A stretch of 63,425 bases of DNA, counting the filler, from Octopus bimaculoides (lineage: Eukaryota), in the NCBI RefSeq assembly GCF_001194135.2. It is 9 parts of 9 records of this genome, joined end to end, with 100 filler letters (N's around TTAATTAATTAA, not from the genome) between each part and the next. Parts side by side here need not be neighbours in the genome. Positions count along the whole stretch, not along the records: positions 50,747 to 55,233 come from NC_069008.1; positions 55,334 to 58,379 come from NC_068982.1; positions 58,480 to 61,955 come from NC_068996.1; positions 62,056 to 63,425 come from NW_026433419.1; 5 more parts are not named here. The stretch is one strand, 5' to 3'. The translations under genes and the position numbers were made by a program. The notes under the pieces were generated by a model. It did no database searches. It had not been told where the DNA came from and was given only the letters and a program-made list of their open reading frames with translations. Positions 51,613 through 63,425 of the stretch are shown piece after piece (positions within the stretch are counted from its first letter, which is position 1; each line of letters opens with the position of its first letter).

Positions 51613-51789
51613 ATAAAGGCAGAAGTAAATCTGCCTTCAACTCAGTCACATGCTTGTGTTTCACTTATTTTTTGTGTGTTTTACTACATAAAGGTCACCA
51701 ACTGCCTACCCTGTGTTATTACTGATGCCACATGCCTGATATATACATATAAAATCTGAATACATAAGCAAAAATGCATACTTTCAATA

Positions 51790-52485
51790 ATTTTTTTCAA
51801 CTACGTTAATAGATAACATTTTCAACAAAAATTCCATCATTAGTGATGCAAAGTTTGGTGGGCTTTGCAAGATTCTCATAAACCCAATGCTGTAACTCCT
51901 CATTTCTGTCAGTTTGAGCACATTCATTCGTGATGCATTCCTTCAGATGATTCATATCTGTGATTTTTGTTGTGTTCACTTTCTCATTAAGTATACCCAA
52001 GAAAAAAAGTCAAGATGAACATCTTGTGAGTAAGGAGCCTATTCCACAAGAATATTAGGGATATTTCCCATGTAGCCAGATTTTATGGTCATCTAGTAAT
52101 ATATGTATACATAGTCGCAGGTGTGGCTGTGTGGTAAGAAGCTTGCTACCCAACCACATGGTTCTGGGTTCAGTCCCACTGCATGGCAACTTGGGCAATT
52201 GTCTTCTACTATAGTCTTGGACCGACCAAAACTTTGTAAGTGGATTTGGTAGACAGAAACTAAAAAGAAGTCTACCGTGTATGTGTCTCTGTGTGTGTAT
52301 ATATACATGTGTGTGTCTGGAGGCCATGGTTGAAGCCAATGGCGATTTTATTGAATAAATTTACTCTTTGGTATTTCAAGATATTTTTATGTATGTTTGG
52401 TATATATATATCTGTTAAAATAAGACGTCACTGTTATTTTCATTTTTGTGTAATTTAGACGACAGTTTATTCACCGCACCCTGTA
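51790..52485 (-). mobile_element. Tc1/mariner remnant with nested partial SINE B (52113-52290)
   Basis: APYSQDVHLDFFLGILNEKV...HLKECITNEC...CITNDGIFVE. Minus strand reads TA-CAGGGTGCGGTG at about 52472-52485. Confidence 0.65.
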
Positions 52486-53305
52486 TATATACATACACAC
52501 ACTATCATCATCAAAAATTCAGGTGCAAGTGTGATAATATTGTTAATCAATTGAACTTGGAAATTAACAGGACAAGAAAAAGTGGATGCTTAAAGTATTG
52601 CAGCTGAAGTTGGAACTGAAATAAAAAGAAATATGCTGCTTGTAGTTTCATTCAAATGTGAGGGTACAATAGTGTAGGTATGCCTGGAGTTGTTTACAAC
52701 TATTTCCATTACATTTGAGATGATGGGAATCATGTTATCTTTGTAGTATTAGAGTAGTTGGTATAATCAGATAGATTGTCTAAATTGGAATAAATAAAAC
52801 CTTTTGTGTTTCCCTAGACTGAGGTAGGTGGAGATAAAATAGTAAGACTGGTCAGTGTCCAAAATCGAATTCAGTATTTGCAGGAGGAAATTTGATTTTT
52901 AATATGGATGATGCATGAATTATTTAATATCTCTGCAATTCTTGTTTTCTCTTCAATATAAATGTACAATTTTCGATGAATATATAGTTTAAGGTAAAGG
53001 CTAGTGGTTAGGGTGTCAGCATCATGATCGCAAGATTGTGGTTTCGATTCCTGGACCGAGCGACGCATTGTGTTCTTGAGCAAAACACTTCATTTCATGT
53101 TGCTCCAGTCCACTCAGCTGGCAAAAATTCATTGCTATACTCATTGCTGAGTTTCACTTTATTGACAGCACCACGGTACATGGCTTGACTGGTTCTCACC
53201 AACCACAAGATATGAGACTGAGGGATGGTGTCAAAGACTTTCTCCATCCTGACATATACAAACACAGATTTATGCAGTATAACAAATAAGATGTAACAAT
53301 ACAGA

Positions 53306-53390
53306 CTAGCAGTACCCGTGGGAATTCCATGGTTATTTTCAAAATTGTATATTTTTCTGAAACATTTGAATGTTTAGAAGATATGAAAAT
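53306..53390 (-). mobile_element. Helitron 3' terminus (duplicated at about 54563-54647)
   Basis: Minus strand accatggaattcccacgggt-actg-CTAG|T: weak hairpin plus CTAG. Confidence 0.5.
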
Positions 53391-53539
53391 GCTGGCAAAA
53401 ATGAGTATATAACACGTATGTATATGATACATATACAATACAAAACCACATTAAAATACAAGTCCAAAGCAGAAGAAAACACAAACATGAGTGGGGAAAG
53501 GTGAGAGAAAGAAAGAAAGGAAAACGTGAATTCTATACT

Positions 53540-53665
53540 CTTTTCTACTCTAGGCACAAGGCCTGAAATTTTGTGGGGAGGGGCCAGTCGATTAAATCAA
53601 CCAGTACGCAACTGGTACTTAATTTATCGACCCCGAAAGGATGAAGGGCATAGTCGACCTCGATG
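53540..53665 (-). mobile_element. SINE family A 3' part
   Basis: Reverse-complement match to the family A tail. Confidence 0.7.
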
Positions 53666-54919
53666 AATTCTATACTAAGTGAATCAATTGGTCAAACATC
53701 ATAAGGTTCAACGGAACCTATTGACGCAGGCTAACGGTATTACCGCGTGCGATGGCAAGGTTAAGGCTTTGGAACAACCAAGCACCCTCACGGGCATTAC
53801 CTGATTTCGGTAGAGCGAGTCGCCAGCGATGACAAGAGCATCGCTGTTAACGGCCCAGCCACCGCATACGTCTCAGGAATGGTTCGCTGACAAGTCCCGA
53901 TCCAGCTGATGACTGAAATACTTCTTTATATATTTCTCCATAAATTTATCGTTCGAGTTTTTCATCCCCAATCTTCGTTTATTGAGGTGAATCTATACAT
54001 TTCATGTTGTCTATTTTTACTTCTGATAATTTGTTGTTGTAAGGGATATTTGAAACATAACATTACATGAATCATTTTCTTTCTTTGTTTCACTTCAATT
54101 TCACTAAATAAAACAGCGATATGGAGAAAACGAAACGATCTAAAACCTCGTGATATTATCATCTGATGTCCTTTTCATTTGCAGTACTTACTTTTGAGAA
54201 ACTCATTCTTTGAACACTTTTAAAGTTCGTTCGATACTTCATTATTTTCCAGAAAAAATATTCAAGATATGACACTGTAACAAGTCTACCGGACATCGCA
54301 GATAGAGAAATTTATAGAATCCCTTTGTTTTTGTATTTTANNNNNNNNNNATATATATACTTCTTGATTAATCTTTTACAAATAGTACATTTATATTTTT
54401 CTTGGCGCTTGTTCACCGTTTGTGTTTCCGAGTCGACTTTTGTAATTTCTATTGTGAGCAATTACTTTTGGTTAAATTGTGTTGGCAATAAGATTTGGTT
54501 CAAGGTATTTCACTACAAACACAGATTTATGCAGTATAACAGGTAAGATGTAACAATACAGACTAGCAGTACCTGTGGGAATTTCATGGTTATTTTCAAA
54601 ATTGTATATTTTTCTGAAACATTTTAATGTTTAGAAGATATGAAAATCCAAATAGGCAGTATTGAAGGGCAATCTATCTATATAAAAAATTGTGGAGAAA
54701 AAGTATTCAGGGAAAAATTCATAGGAAATACAAAGTTCTGCAGTTCTATTTTTCGTGGGAACTTTAAAAATAAAGCCTTTTTGTGTGTGTGCGTGTTTGT
54801 ATGTTAACAAAAAAAATGTACGAGTATATCTAAACCGGTTAATGTCTTTTCTTGCACTTTTGGTTATCCTATTGATAGATAATGCGTTATATTTATGTGT
54901 GACAGAAGAAGATGGGAGT

Positions 54920-55140
54920 GTTGTAGTCGAGGAATAGACCCGACGAAAGCCTCCTTAAGTCGATCAACACTGACAGTCTCCCATGAATGTTCAAAGCCAA
55001 ATACTTTTAATACACTATACGGGCCGGAATAATCTGTCTGCAAGAGATGCTTAACTGCATTGTTGCATATAAAACGTGAGTCCCGGGATTGATATTGTGT
55101 TGAAGAAAAGTCGGCGGAGGTAAAGAATATGCGCACCACC
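54920..55140 (-). mobile_element. Ty3/Gypsy integrase C-terminal remnant
   Basis: HLLQTDYSGPYSVL...ETVSVDRLKEAF resembles the GPY/F-module end. Confidence 0.6.
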
Positions 55141-55333
55141 CATTTTCGGCGTAACCCAAACCCTAAACACCGGATGTGCGTATTCTCTAGCTTTGTTTGA
55201 AAGTCTATCGACTGCTGTCTCAGCCGATGAATANNNNNNNNNNNNNNNNNNNNNNNNNNNNNNNNNNNNNNNNNNNNTTAATTAATTAANNNNNNNNNNN
55301 NNNNNNNNNNNNNNNNNNNNNNNNNNNNNNNNN

Positions 55334-55391
<58 letters not shown>

Positions 55392-55414
55392 TGAGTAATA
55401 TTAATAATGCAGTA

Positions 55415-55935
55415 GCAGACAGTGGCCCTCATGGCTTCTGATCTTAACTGATTGGAAGTGTTATCATGTACATTGTTTTGCTTTGGTATAAAACATGAGC
55501 TACAGCAAATATTCTGCTCAATACCACAGATTTGCTTGTCAGTTGCTTGACCTTAACCAGTGGAGCATATCCCTCAGTGACTGACAATATGTGCATCTCT
55601 GATCACAAGCAGATGTAGTGGGAAAACATCATAGCGATGTGTTGAGAGGAATTCTTTGGGGTCTGGATAATTCACCTCTGGAAACAATGTTTCATTCAAC
55701 ATCCTTAAAGAACCTTTATTCAAGGACTATGTGAGTGGGATGGGCGACTCGACCTGAAGAAAATTCTAACTGGGCTCCAATTGCAAGGTCATGCGTTGTT
55801 TCTCACTATATGGCGCACATATGGTTGTGATGCATGTGGCTGGTGTCCCCTAACGAAACAGGTAGTCATGACGGCTATACTGGGCTTCACATATTTTACC
55901 TCAGTATTAATTTGTTGGCATGCACTGCTCTCTCT
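55415..55935 (+). mobile_element. Family D repeat
   Basis: Homologous to 60623-61155. Confidence 0.8.
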
Positions 55936-55941
55936 CTCTCA

Positions 55942-55995
<54 letters not shown>

Positions 55996-56039
55996 GATAA
56001 TAATGATGATGATAATGAGAATGAGAATGACTTCAAAGT

Positions 56040-56244
56040 TTGTCACAAGAGCAGCCATTTTGGACGAGGAGGTGAGTCGATTTCATCGATCTCAGTGTTT
56101 CACTGGTACTTAAATTATCGACTCCGAAAGGATGAAAATCAAAGTCGACCTTGGCGGAATTTAAACTCTGAACGTGAAGACGGACGAAATGCCGCTAAGC
56201 ACTTTCTCCAGCGTGCTAACGGTTCTACCATCTCACCACCTTGT
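56040..56244 (-). mobile_element. SINE family A
   Basis: Reverse-complement consensus match. Confidence 0.8.
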
Positions 56245-56267
56245 TAATAATAATAATAATAATAATA

Positions 56268-56329
<62 letters not shown>

Positions 56330-57597
56330 AAAAAGAAGAAGTAGCAGAAGAAGAATTGTAATGATGATAACTATTTCTAGCATAAGCAAAAGTATAGAAA
56401 TTTGCGTGATGGAAGTTAATCGACTAAATCGGAAACAACACTTGCCCGATACTTTATTTTAGCGACCCTGGGCGGAAGAAAGGCACATATTCAAAATATT
56501 GAGCCAAACAACATAAAGCAAAGTGTGCCACTTAGGTAGTTGTGTCCCTTAGGAAGCTCTGTATGAAGTTGATCAACTTGCATAAAATAGTAACCAACAT
56601 CCCTCAGCTCATACACGTCTCTCTTAAAAAAAGGTAGGAGACATTAGACTACGCCCGCTACATATTCTGAATGAAGGAATCATTACGGTTGGAATATCTA
56701 TAGTTACTGTACATGCCTCTGAAGTCAGACATGATCTTCGAGTAAGCAGCAACAGCTACAATCAATAGGAATGTTCTTCTAAAGGTAATTGAGCAATGTA
56801 GTTTCATCTTCCAAGAGAAGCTAGTTTCCCCAACTGCTAGTGCAGCATGCTTGAATTTACTACTTACTTACCTTTTTTGTTTGCCATGCCAACTCTCAGA
56901 AAAGGAGATTGCATAAATATTTATTAGACATTATATCAACAGGATGGAAACGAGAATTCTGAATTTTGATATATTTCTCTAGGGCTCTTAAGGTGTACGT
57001 TCCTATTACTTTACCCAGTTACGTCATGTCCGGTCTGATCTATGATAAAAAAGATTAAAGTATGAAACTTCTGTCTCTTTTTCAGACAAAAATTATATAA
57101 GGGTCTCTTATTTGATATATCTTCTTTCATTTAAGACGATATCATTGGATTTGAGGGAAATTTGGATGTTATTTCTAGAAAGTCGACTGAAAACTTAGAG
57201 GTCCCCACTTTAGCACGTTTTCATTATAATTAGTGGGGGGGGGAGCATTTACTGTTGAGACCAACCCAAAACTCTGTACTCAGTACATTTGCATCCAACA
57301 CATCATCTTGCCTCAAACCTCGCTGCTTTGAGTAAAAGAGCCGTCTCAATAACCCGAGCAGATTCAAACGTGATGCTGTTATTTTTTAATTGCGAATGTA
57401 TTGTCCTAGCCACACAGCAATGTGAATTTGTAACTCTATATTAAGCTTCTTGCGGGAATAACAGATGATGTGAGTTTCAGTTCGACTAGCTGCGTCATGA
57501 GTTCAAATCGCGCCAAGATCAATTTTGCCTTTAATACTTCCTAGTCAATAACATGAATAGTAATCAAGGACTAGTGTCGATATTATCAGCTAAACAA

Positions 57598-57810
57598 AAG
57601 CGTCGAGCTGGCAGAGTCGTTTCTACGCCGGGAAAAATGCTTAGAAGCATATGCTTTGTCTTTATGCTCTGAACTAAAATTCCACCGAGATCGACTTTGC
57701 CACTCTTCCTTTCGGTGGAAATAAAAATAAGCACCAGTTGAACACTAGGATCGATGTAACAGACTAACCAGCCTCCCCCGAAATCGTCGGTCTTGCGCCA
57801 AAATTTGAAA
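57598..57810 (+). mobile_element. SINE family A, diverged
   Basis: cgagctggcagagtcgtt...aaatttgaaacc. Confidence 0.7.
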
Positions 57811-57980
57811 CCGATGCTATCGGCTACACCAAGGCAGCAAGCTGGCAGAAACATTAGCACTCCGGACAGTGTGCTTAGCGTATAAGTATAGGCGATATTG
57901 TACCATGTCACTTACGAAGATAATACTTTAATGTAGTTTGCAGGACAATAGTTTAATATGAATCGCAGACCTTTACTTAC

Positions 57981-58151
57981 CATACAGATTGGGATTATCT
58001 AGCTTGCGCCTCTCATAAGAATGTAAGGGCAAACAACTCTCCTGAAAGAAATACATATTTTGCTGTTTCACACAAGTACCCCAACATACAGAGGGAAGGT
58101 TAAATTGATTTATTTTGTTAGGGAATTCACTTCGTAGTAATTTTATAGAAC
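57981..58151 (-). CDS. Candidate internal coding exon of an unidentified host gene (171 nt, phase 1-1)
   Basis: Acceptor ctttgcttttcccttttgcag|G, donor G|gtaagt. Open frame SIKLLRSEFPNKINQFNLPSVCWGTCVKQQNMYFFQESCLPLHSYERRKLDNPNLY. Non-repetitive; protein not recognised. Confidence 0.5.
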
Positions 58152-58314
58152 CTGCAAAAGGGAAAAGCAAAGATGATAGCAGAAATCTGAACTCAGAACA
58201 TGAAGAGACCGAGTTCAATAGTGAAAGGCGTTCTGTTTCCTATTCTAACTTTATACTCAACAGAATATAGACACACATACACAACTCCCTCTTTCTCTCT
58301 CTCTGAATACCTCA

Positions 58315-58379
<65 letters not shown>

Positions 58380-59289
58380 NNNNNNNNNNNNNNNNNNNNN
58401 NNNNNNNNNNNNNNNNNNNNNNNTTAATTAATTAANNNNNNNNNNNNNNNNNNNNNNNNNNNNNNNNNNNNNNNNNNNNTTACCCATTAAAAGTCAGTTT
58501 CACTTTTACTTGCTTGCAATGTTAGTCAGCAAAACTGGTACATAATAGGAAAATACCATGAATTAAGTTTACCCTGAAATGTTAATACGAATCAAATGAA
58601 ATAAGTTTCGCGTAAATCGGTAAAGTAGTTCTCAAGATATTAGAGATTTTCGGGTATAAATACTCAAAACGGTGCATAATGGGAAAATGTTCCGAAAATA
58701 ATCTTCATCGCGGAAGGGAAGAAACTCTTATCTTTCTATTAGACTGAGTTTTTTTTTTTTTTTCTGAGTGCATTCAACGTATTTGGCTGCTATTTCTAGA
58801 ATGCCCTGCTACCACGTAACAGTTATTTGCGATAAAGGACCAGAAATACTTGTTATGTAGCAGCAGAGCGTGCAAGAAATAGCAGCCAAATCTTCCCTTT
58901 TCTGGAGGAAGTGACCATTTGCATGTGATTTCGATGTCACATTCATTGAAAGCATGTGAAATAACCAGGAAAAGGAAATAAAAAACCCACAAAACAAAAC
59001 TCTATTGCTGGGAAACTCAGAGTTTCCCAGTGATCCAACGGGTCACAGGTAGTCTAGTCTCTAATATCATAAGAACAAGGAAATAATTTTTTTTAAAAAG
59101 CCCAAATATTTATTAATTGTATGATACATTACTAAATATAGTACACTGCTTAACTTTTCATGGTCAGATGTGTTGGTCAAAACATTTAGTTCAGTAGACA
59201 GGAAGGAAATTAGTTATTCACTGTAGTGCAGTTCATTTAATTTTAATTGCATAAACAAAGCAAAAAGCATTGGCGTTGGGGTTGCATAA

Positions 59290-59800
59290 AGAGTGGTGGT
59301 GCCACATCAGAAGCACTGGTGCTGGCACCATGTAAAAAAGCACTGGTGCTGGTGCTACATAAGAAACGCTCTTGCTAGTACCACATAAAAGGCACTGGTG
59401 CAGTGTCGCACAAAAAGTGTCAGTGCCACCTAAAAAGCACTGGTGCTGGTGCTATATAGAAGCACTGTGCTGGTACCATGTAAAAAGTTCTTGTGCCATG
59501 TAAAAAGTACTGGTGCCACATAAGAGATACTTGTGCTGGCACCATGTAAAAAGTGCTGGTGCCACATAAACAGCACTGGTGCTGGTGCCACATGAAAGGC
59601 ATTAGTGCTGGTGCCATGTAAAAAGTACTGGTGTCACATGAAAAGCACTTGTACTGGTACACATCAAAGGCTCCCGGTGCACTCTGTGAAGTGGTTGGCA
59701 CTAGGAAGTGCATCCAGCTGTAGAAACCATGCCAAAACAGATAATGGAACCTGGTGCAGCTCCTGTCAAACTGTCCAGTCCATGCCAGCACGGACAGATG
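59290..59800 (+). mobile_element. SINE-like element with expanded internal minisatellite and RTE-UTR-like tail
   Basis: About 15 variants of GGTGCCAYRTAAAAAGCAC(TGGTGCT), followed by gtggttggcactaggaagtgcatccagctgtagaaac. Confidence 0.75.
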
Positions 59801-60025
59801 AAAGATATAACAAATGTTGAACAGTGTCAGCTTATCAGTTGTCATATCTATTTTACTTGTTTCCATAGATTTCACTATCTTACCATGTTGTATATTTATG
59901 TCTGCATAAAAAATACGAATTTAAATTTTAAAAAATACATTAAATCCTTTAATTTTTCAACTTTTTATTATGTTTCAATCTTTAATTTCGTTTGCTGTTT
60001 ATACTTTTGATTTATTCTTTTATAG

Positions 60026-60157
60026 GCTTGTGCAGACAAACTGAAGAGAGAAATAAGGATGTTTGGTAACCCACCCAACTTTCCATTGGAAGAGGAAGCT
60101 GTTGAAGAAATTGAAATCACTTCACCAGCAGCAGTTGACAAAACTAAAGGAAAGAAG
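60026..60157 (+). CDS. LARS1: Coding exon of cytosolic leucyl-tRNA synthetase (132 nt, phase 0-0)
   Basis: ttcttttatag|GCT...AAG|gtaaag encodes ACADKLKREIRMFGNPPNFPLEEEAVEEIEITSPAAVDKTKGKK, matching the conserved eukaryotic LeuRS segment ACADKLKRE...GxPPxFP...KxKGKK just after the HIGH motif region. Confidence 0.93.
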
Positions 60158-60622
60158 GTAAAGTCTGGTTTTCTAGACTTTAACCCTTTAGCATTTAATC
60201 TGGCCATATCCAGCCCAAATATTCTACCTGTTTTATGTCTAAATTCACCAGATCCAACCTCTCACACCTACCATACAATGTCATTCTAAAACTAAACAAT
60301 CACATAATAGAAATCTCAAGTCACCAAGATAATACATGATTAATTCAAAACAATGTGAATAAATAAGCATTGCATTTAACAGAATAATCTGAATGCTGAA
60401 GGGTTATACATACACATACATTGGTAATTACTAAGGAATTTTTTCCAAACATTTACTGGTTTGCTCACAGTTAGGTATTCAAATTAGGTTATTCAACAGT
60501 TAAATTTTTGTATGATAAGAATGTAAGGATATATTCTGTTGGATTATTCTAAATATATTACCTTTAACTATATAGGTTTTCTAGAGTATTTAATATCACT
60601 AATAATAGTAATAATAATAACC

Positions 60623-61155
60623 AGGCAGTGGCTCTCATGTCTTCTGATCTTAACTGATTGGAGGTGTTATCATGTACATTGTTTTGTCTTGGTATAAAAA
60701 GATGGGCTACAGTAAATATTCTGCTCAATACCACAGATTTGCTTGTCAGTTGTCTGACCTTAACCAGTTGAGCATGTCCGTTAGTGGCTGACGATACGTG
60801 CATCTCTGATCATGAGTAGAAGTAGTGGGGGAGCATCATAGCCATGTGTTGAGAGGAATTCTTTGGAGTCTGGATAATTTACCCTTGGAAACATGGGTGC
60901 TTTGTTCAACATCCTTAAACAACCCTTATGCAGGGACCTTTTGAGCGGGATGGGCTACTCAATCTGAAGAAATTTCTAACTGGGCCCCACCTGCGAGGTC
61001 ATGTGCTGTTTATCTTGATATGAGATCACCATGTCTTGCACATATGGTTGTGATGCATGTGTCTGGAGTACCCTTATCAGACGGTTAGTCATGATGGGTA
61101 TAATGGGCTTCGTATATTTGTACTCCAGTGTCACTTTGATGGCATGCACTTCTCT
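60623..61155 (+). mobile_element. Family D repeat, longest copy
   Basis: aggcagtggctctcatg...ggcatgcac, shared with 55415-55935. Confidence 0.8.
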
Positions 61156-61449
61156 CTCACTCACCACCTCCACCACTAACAACAAAAAGAATACCTAACC
61201 TGTCCAACAAATTCCAGAAGAGTGTTTATTTGTGCATTTCCATGGGTTATACCCTGATAACTCCTGTTCCTGGCAGCTCCTGGTTTGCTTCCTTGGCATT
61301 GCCAGAATAGTCAGGAAAGTATTAGATAGCTGAAAAGAATGGATAGCATGGTACCATAGGCTCCAGGTAGCAATATTGCTATGCATGCAAAACTCCTGGA
61401 GCTCCAACAAAACCTGTGATAAAGAAAAATGATAATAATAATCCTTTCT

Positions 61450-61650
61450 ATTATAAACACAAGGCCTGAAATTTGGGCGAGAGAGACAGTCAATTACCTT
61501 GACCCCAGTACTTGACTGGTACTTAATTTATCGACCCTGAAAGGATGAATTGCAAAATTGGCGGAATTTGAACTCTGAATGTAAAGACAGATGAAATGCC
61601 ACTGCTCAGTTTACTCAGAGTGCCAACTATTCTGCCAGCTTGCTGCTTTA
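61450..61650 (-). mobile_element. SINE family A
   Basis: Reverse-complement consensus match. Confidence 0.75.
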
Positions 61651-61653
61651 ATG

Positions 61654-61685
<32 letters not shown>

Positions 61686-63387
61686 CATCATCATCATCAT
61701 TGTTTAACGTCCACTTTCCATGCTGGCATGGGTTGGACGGTTTGACTGGGGACTGGTGAGCCAGATGGCTACACCAGGCTCCAATCTGATCTGGCAGAGT
61801 TTCTACAGCTGGATGCCCTTACTAACGCCTACCACTCCGAGATTGTAGTGATGATAATAATAATAATAATTAATTCGTTTTATTGGCCACAAGGGCTAAT
61901 ATCAATTAAAGACATATAAGGACAAAGACAGGACGGAGGTTACAAAAGGTTTTGTNNNNNNNNNNNNNNNNNNNNNNNNNNNNNNNNNNNNNNNNNNNNT
62001 TAATTAATTAANNNNNNNNNNNNNNNNNNNNNNNNNNNNNNNNNNNNNNNNNNNNAATCTTGGTCACAAAACGTACACTGAAAATATGTATATGCTGAGA
62101 ATGCCTTGATTTAAAAATGCTCTCAGTAAGACTATAAAGCAACTTTTATTATTGCTGTTGTTGTAAGCTGACATTTCAGCACAGTAAAAAAAACTATTTT
62201 TAAAGGCATATACTGTTTAGAGGACATGTAATTTTATTGAGAAAGTTGCATAGAGATCAGGGGTCATTTGTAGAGGGAATGTTAGGTTTTCCTTATTAAG
62301 TCTAGCTAGAGAAGAGGCGAAATTGTCTGTGCAGCCATAACTGACTTTTAGGTTACATCTATTAAAAATTTAGTGAAATTTATGACTGGTAGGGAAATGC
62401 TTGCTTACTAAACTGCAAGGTGAGTTGTACCATATAATTTTTCTTTTCCTGGTTTTCTTATCATTTGTATTTCCTAACTGAAGAATATATTGTATTGTTT
62501 CGTTAAAGGCTTTTCTTTTCAGGGCCACATNNNNNNNNNNAAAAATTATCTACACAGTTAAAAGTTTCTTTATTACATGAAATGTTAGTTATTCCTTTGC
62601 TAATGTTTTCTGATAAGTTCTTGATAATATTAGGTAGATGATTAGANNNNNNNNNNTGCTAATGTTTTCTGATAAGTTCTTGATAATATTAGGTAGATGA
62701 TTAGAATTTTTATTTATATAACATATGACCTTATTGTTTTTTTAAGGGCTGTAACAGTAGCAGCTTGTGTATAGGCACTAAAGAATTGCAGCACCCCCTA
62801 TTTCCACTTGATATTATCGATAACATTCAATATAATNNNNNNNNNNNNNNNNNNNNNNNNNNNNNNNNNNNNNNNNNNNNNNNNNNNNNNNNNNNNNNNN
62901 NNNNNNNNNNNNNNNNNNNNNNNNNNNNNNNNNNNNNNNNNNNNNNNNNNNNNNNNNNNNNNNNNNNNNNNNNNNNNNNNNNNNNNNNNNNNNNCTGTTG
63001 TACATATACTCACATGTTTGAGATAGGGAGAGAGAGCACTGCACGAATGACAGTGCCATCCCAGTGTCCCAGTAGTGTTTCTTTTTGACTCCACGTGTGT
63101 TGTGCTNNNNNNNNNNNNNNNNNNNNNNNNNNNNNNTAAAATTAGATTATTATCCTGCTTCCAGTTTCAGTGTTGCTGCCAGGATTTGATAAATAGGGCA
63201 CATTTCCTCACCACTTATTTTGTGATTTAGGGGGATTTTTGAAAGACGTGTACAAATTACACACACTACCCAGCAGTGGCTAAAACACGAACTGATCAAG
63301 TTTATGTATAAATTTTCTTTTTATCAGTTTGTTTCCTTTTACACAATATTAAAACAACAGCTAAAGTAAGGCTTGATATGTATACAT

Positions 63388-63425
<38 letters not shown>

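Noticed and set aside
52740-52781. Possible terminal exon (NLSDYTNYSNTTKIT*) continuing the 57981-58151 exon in phase
   Set aside because: Only 15 codons, across a linker gap; such a match is expected by chance.
59290-59690. Repeat array resembling CRISPR
   Set aside because: The units are degenerate tandem repeats without unique spacers, in a eukaryotic SINE context.
4880-62011. TTAATTAATTAA recurring in the middle of 100-bp N gaps (about 4880, 24378, 35946, 43331, 50691, 55278, 58424, 62000)
   Set aside because: It is a six-frame-stop linker inserted during scaffolding, not biology. It also means adjacency across these gaps is uncertain.
62597-62706. 49-bp direct repeat on both sides of a 10-N gap
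   Set aside because: This is a typical unmerged contig overlap.

Overview
Repeat-dense, AT-rich eukaryotic genomic DNA with many N gaps, not prokaryotic. The SINE families, microsatellites and intron-exon structure suggest an octopod cephalopod, but that is my inference and not a database match. The window is mostly decayed transposons: at least six Penelope-like (PLE; RT and/or GIY-YIG) segments in the first 32 kb, RTE/BovB and L1/Tx1-type LINE pieces, Helitron, Ty3/Gypsy and Tc1/mariner remnants, several tRNA-derived SINE families and dense microsatellites. One host exon is clearly recognisable: cytosolic leucyl-tRNA synthetase, 60026-60157 (+). A second, unidentified exon candidate lies on the opposite strand at 57981-58151. 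The main hidden signal is a set of minimal type I hammerhead ribozyme motifs (CUGANGA...GAAAC-NNNN-GUH) at the 3' ends/pseudo-LTRs of four sequence-divergent PLEs. Their helix III loops differ (ACGU, AGCU, AUAU, and AAUU plus one extra U) but are palindromic, which fits dimeric cleavage. Three of the four have an unusually long 59-72 nt helix II segment. Every copy carries at least one lesion, so activity of these genomic copies is doubtful. One PLE insertion (7108-11113) appears complete, with an inverted pLTR and a 14-bp target-site duplication. All alignments and folds were done by eye; repeat boundaries are approximate.
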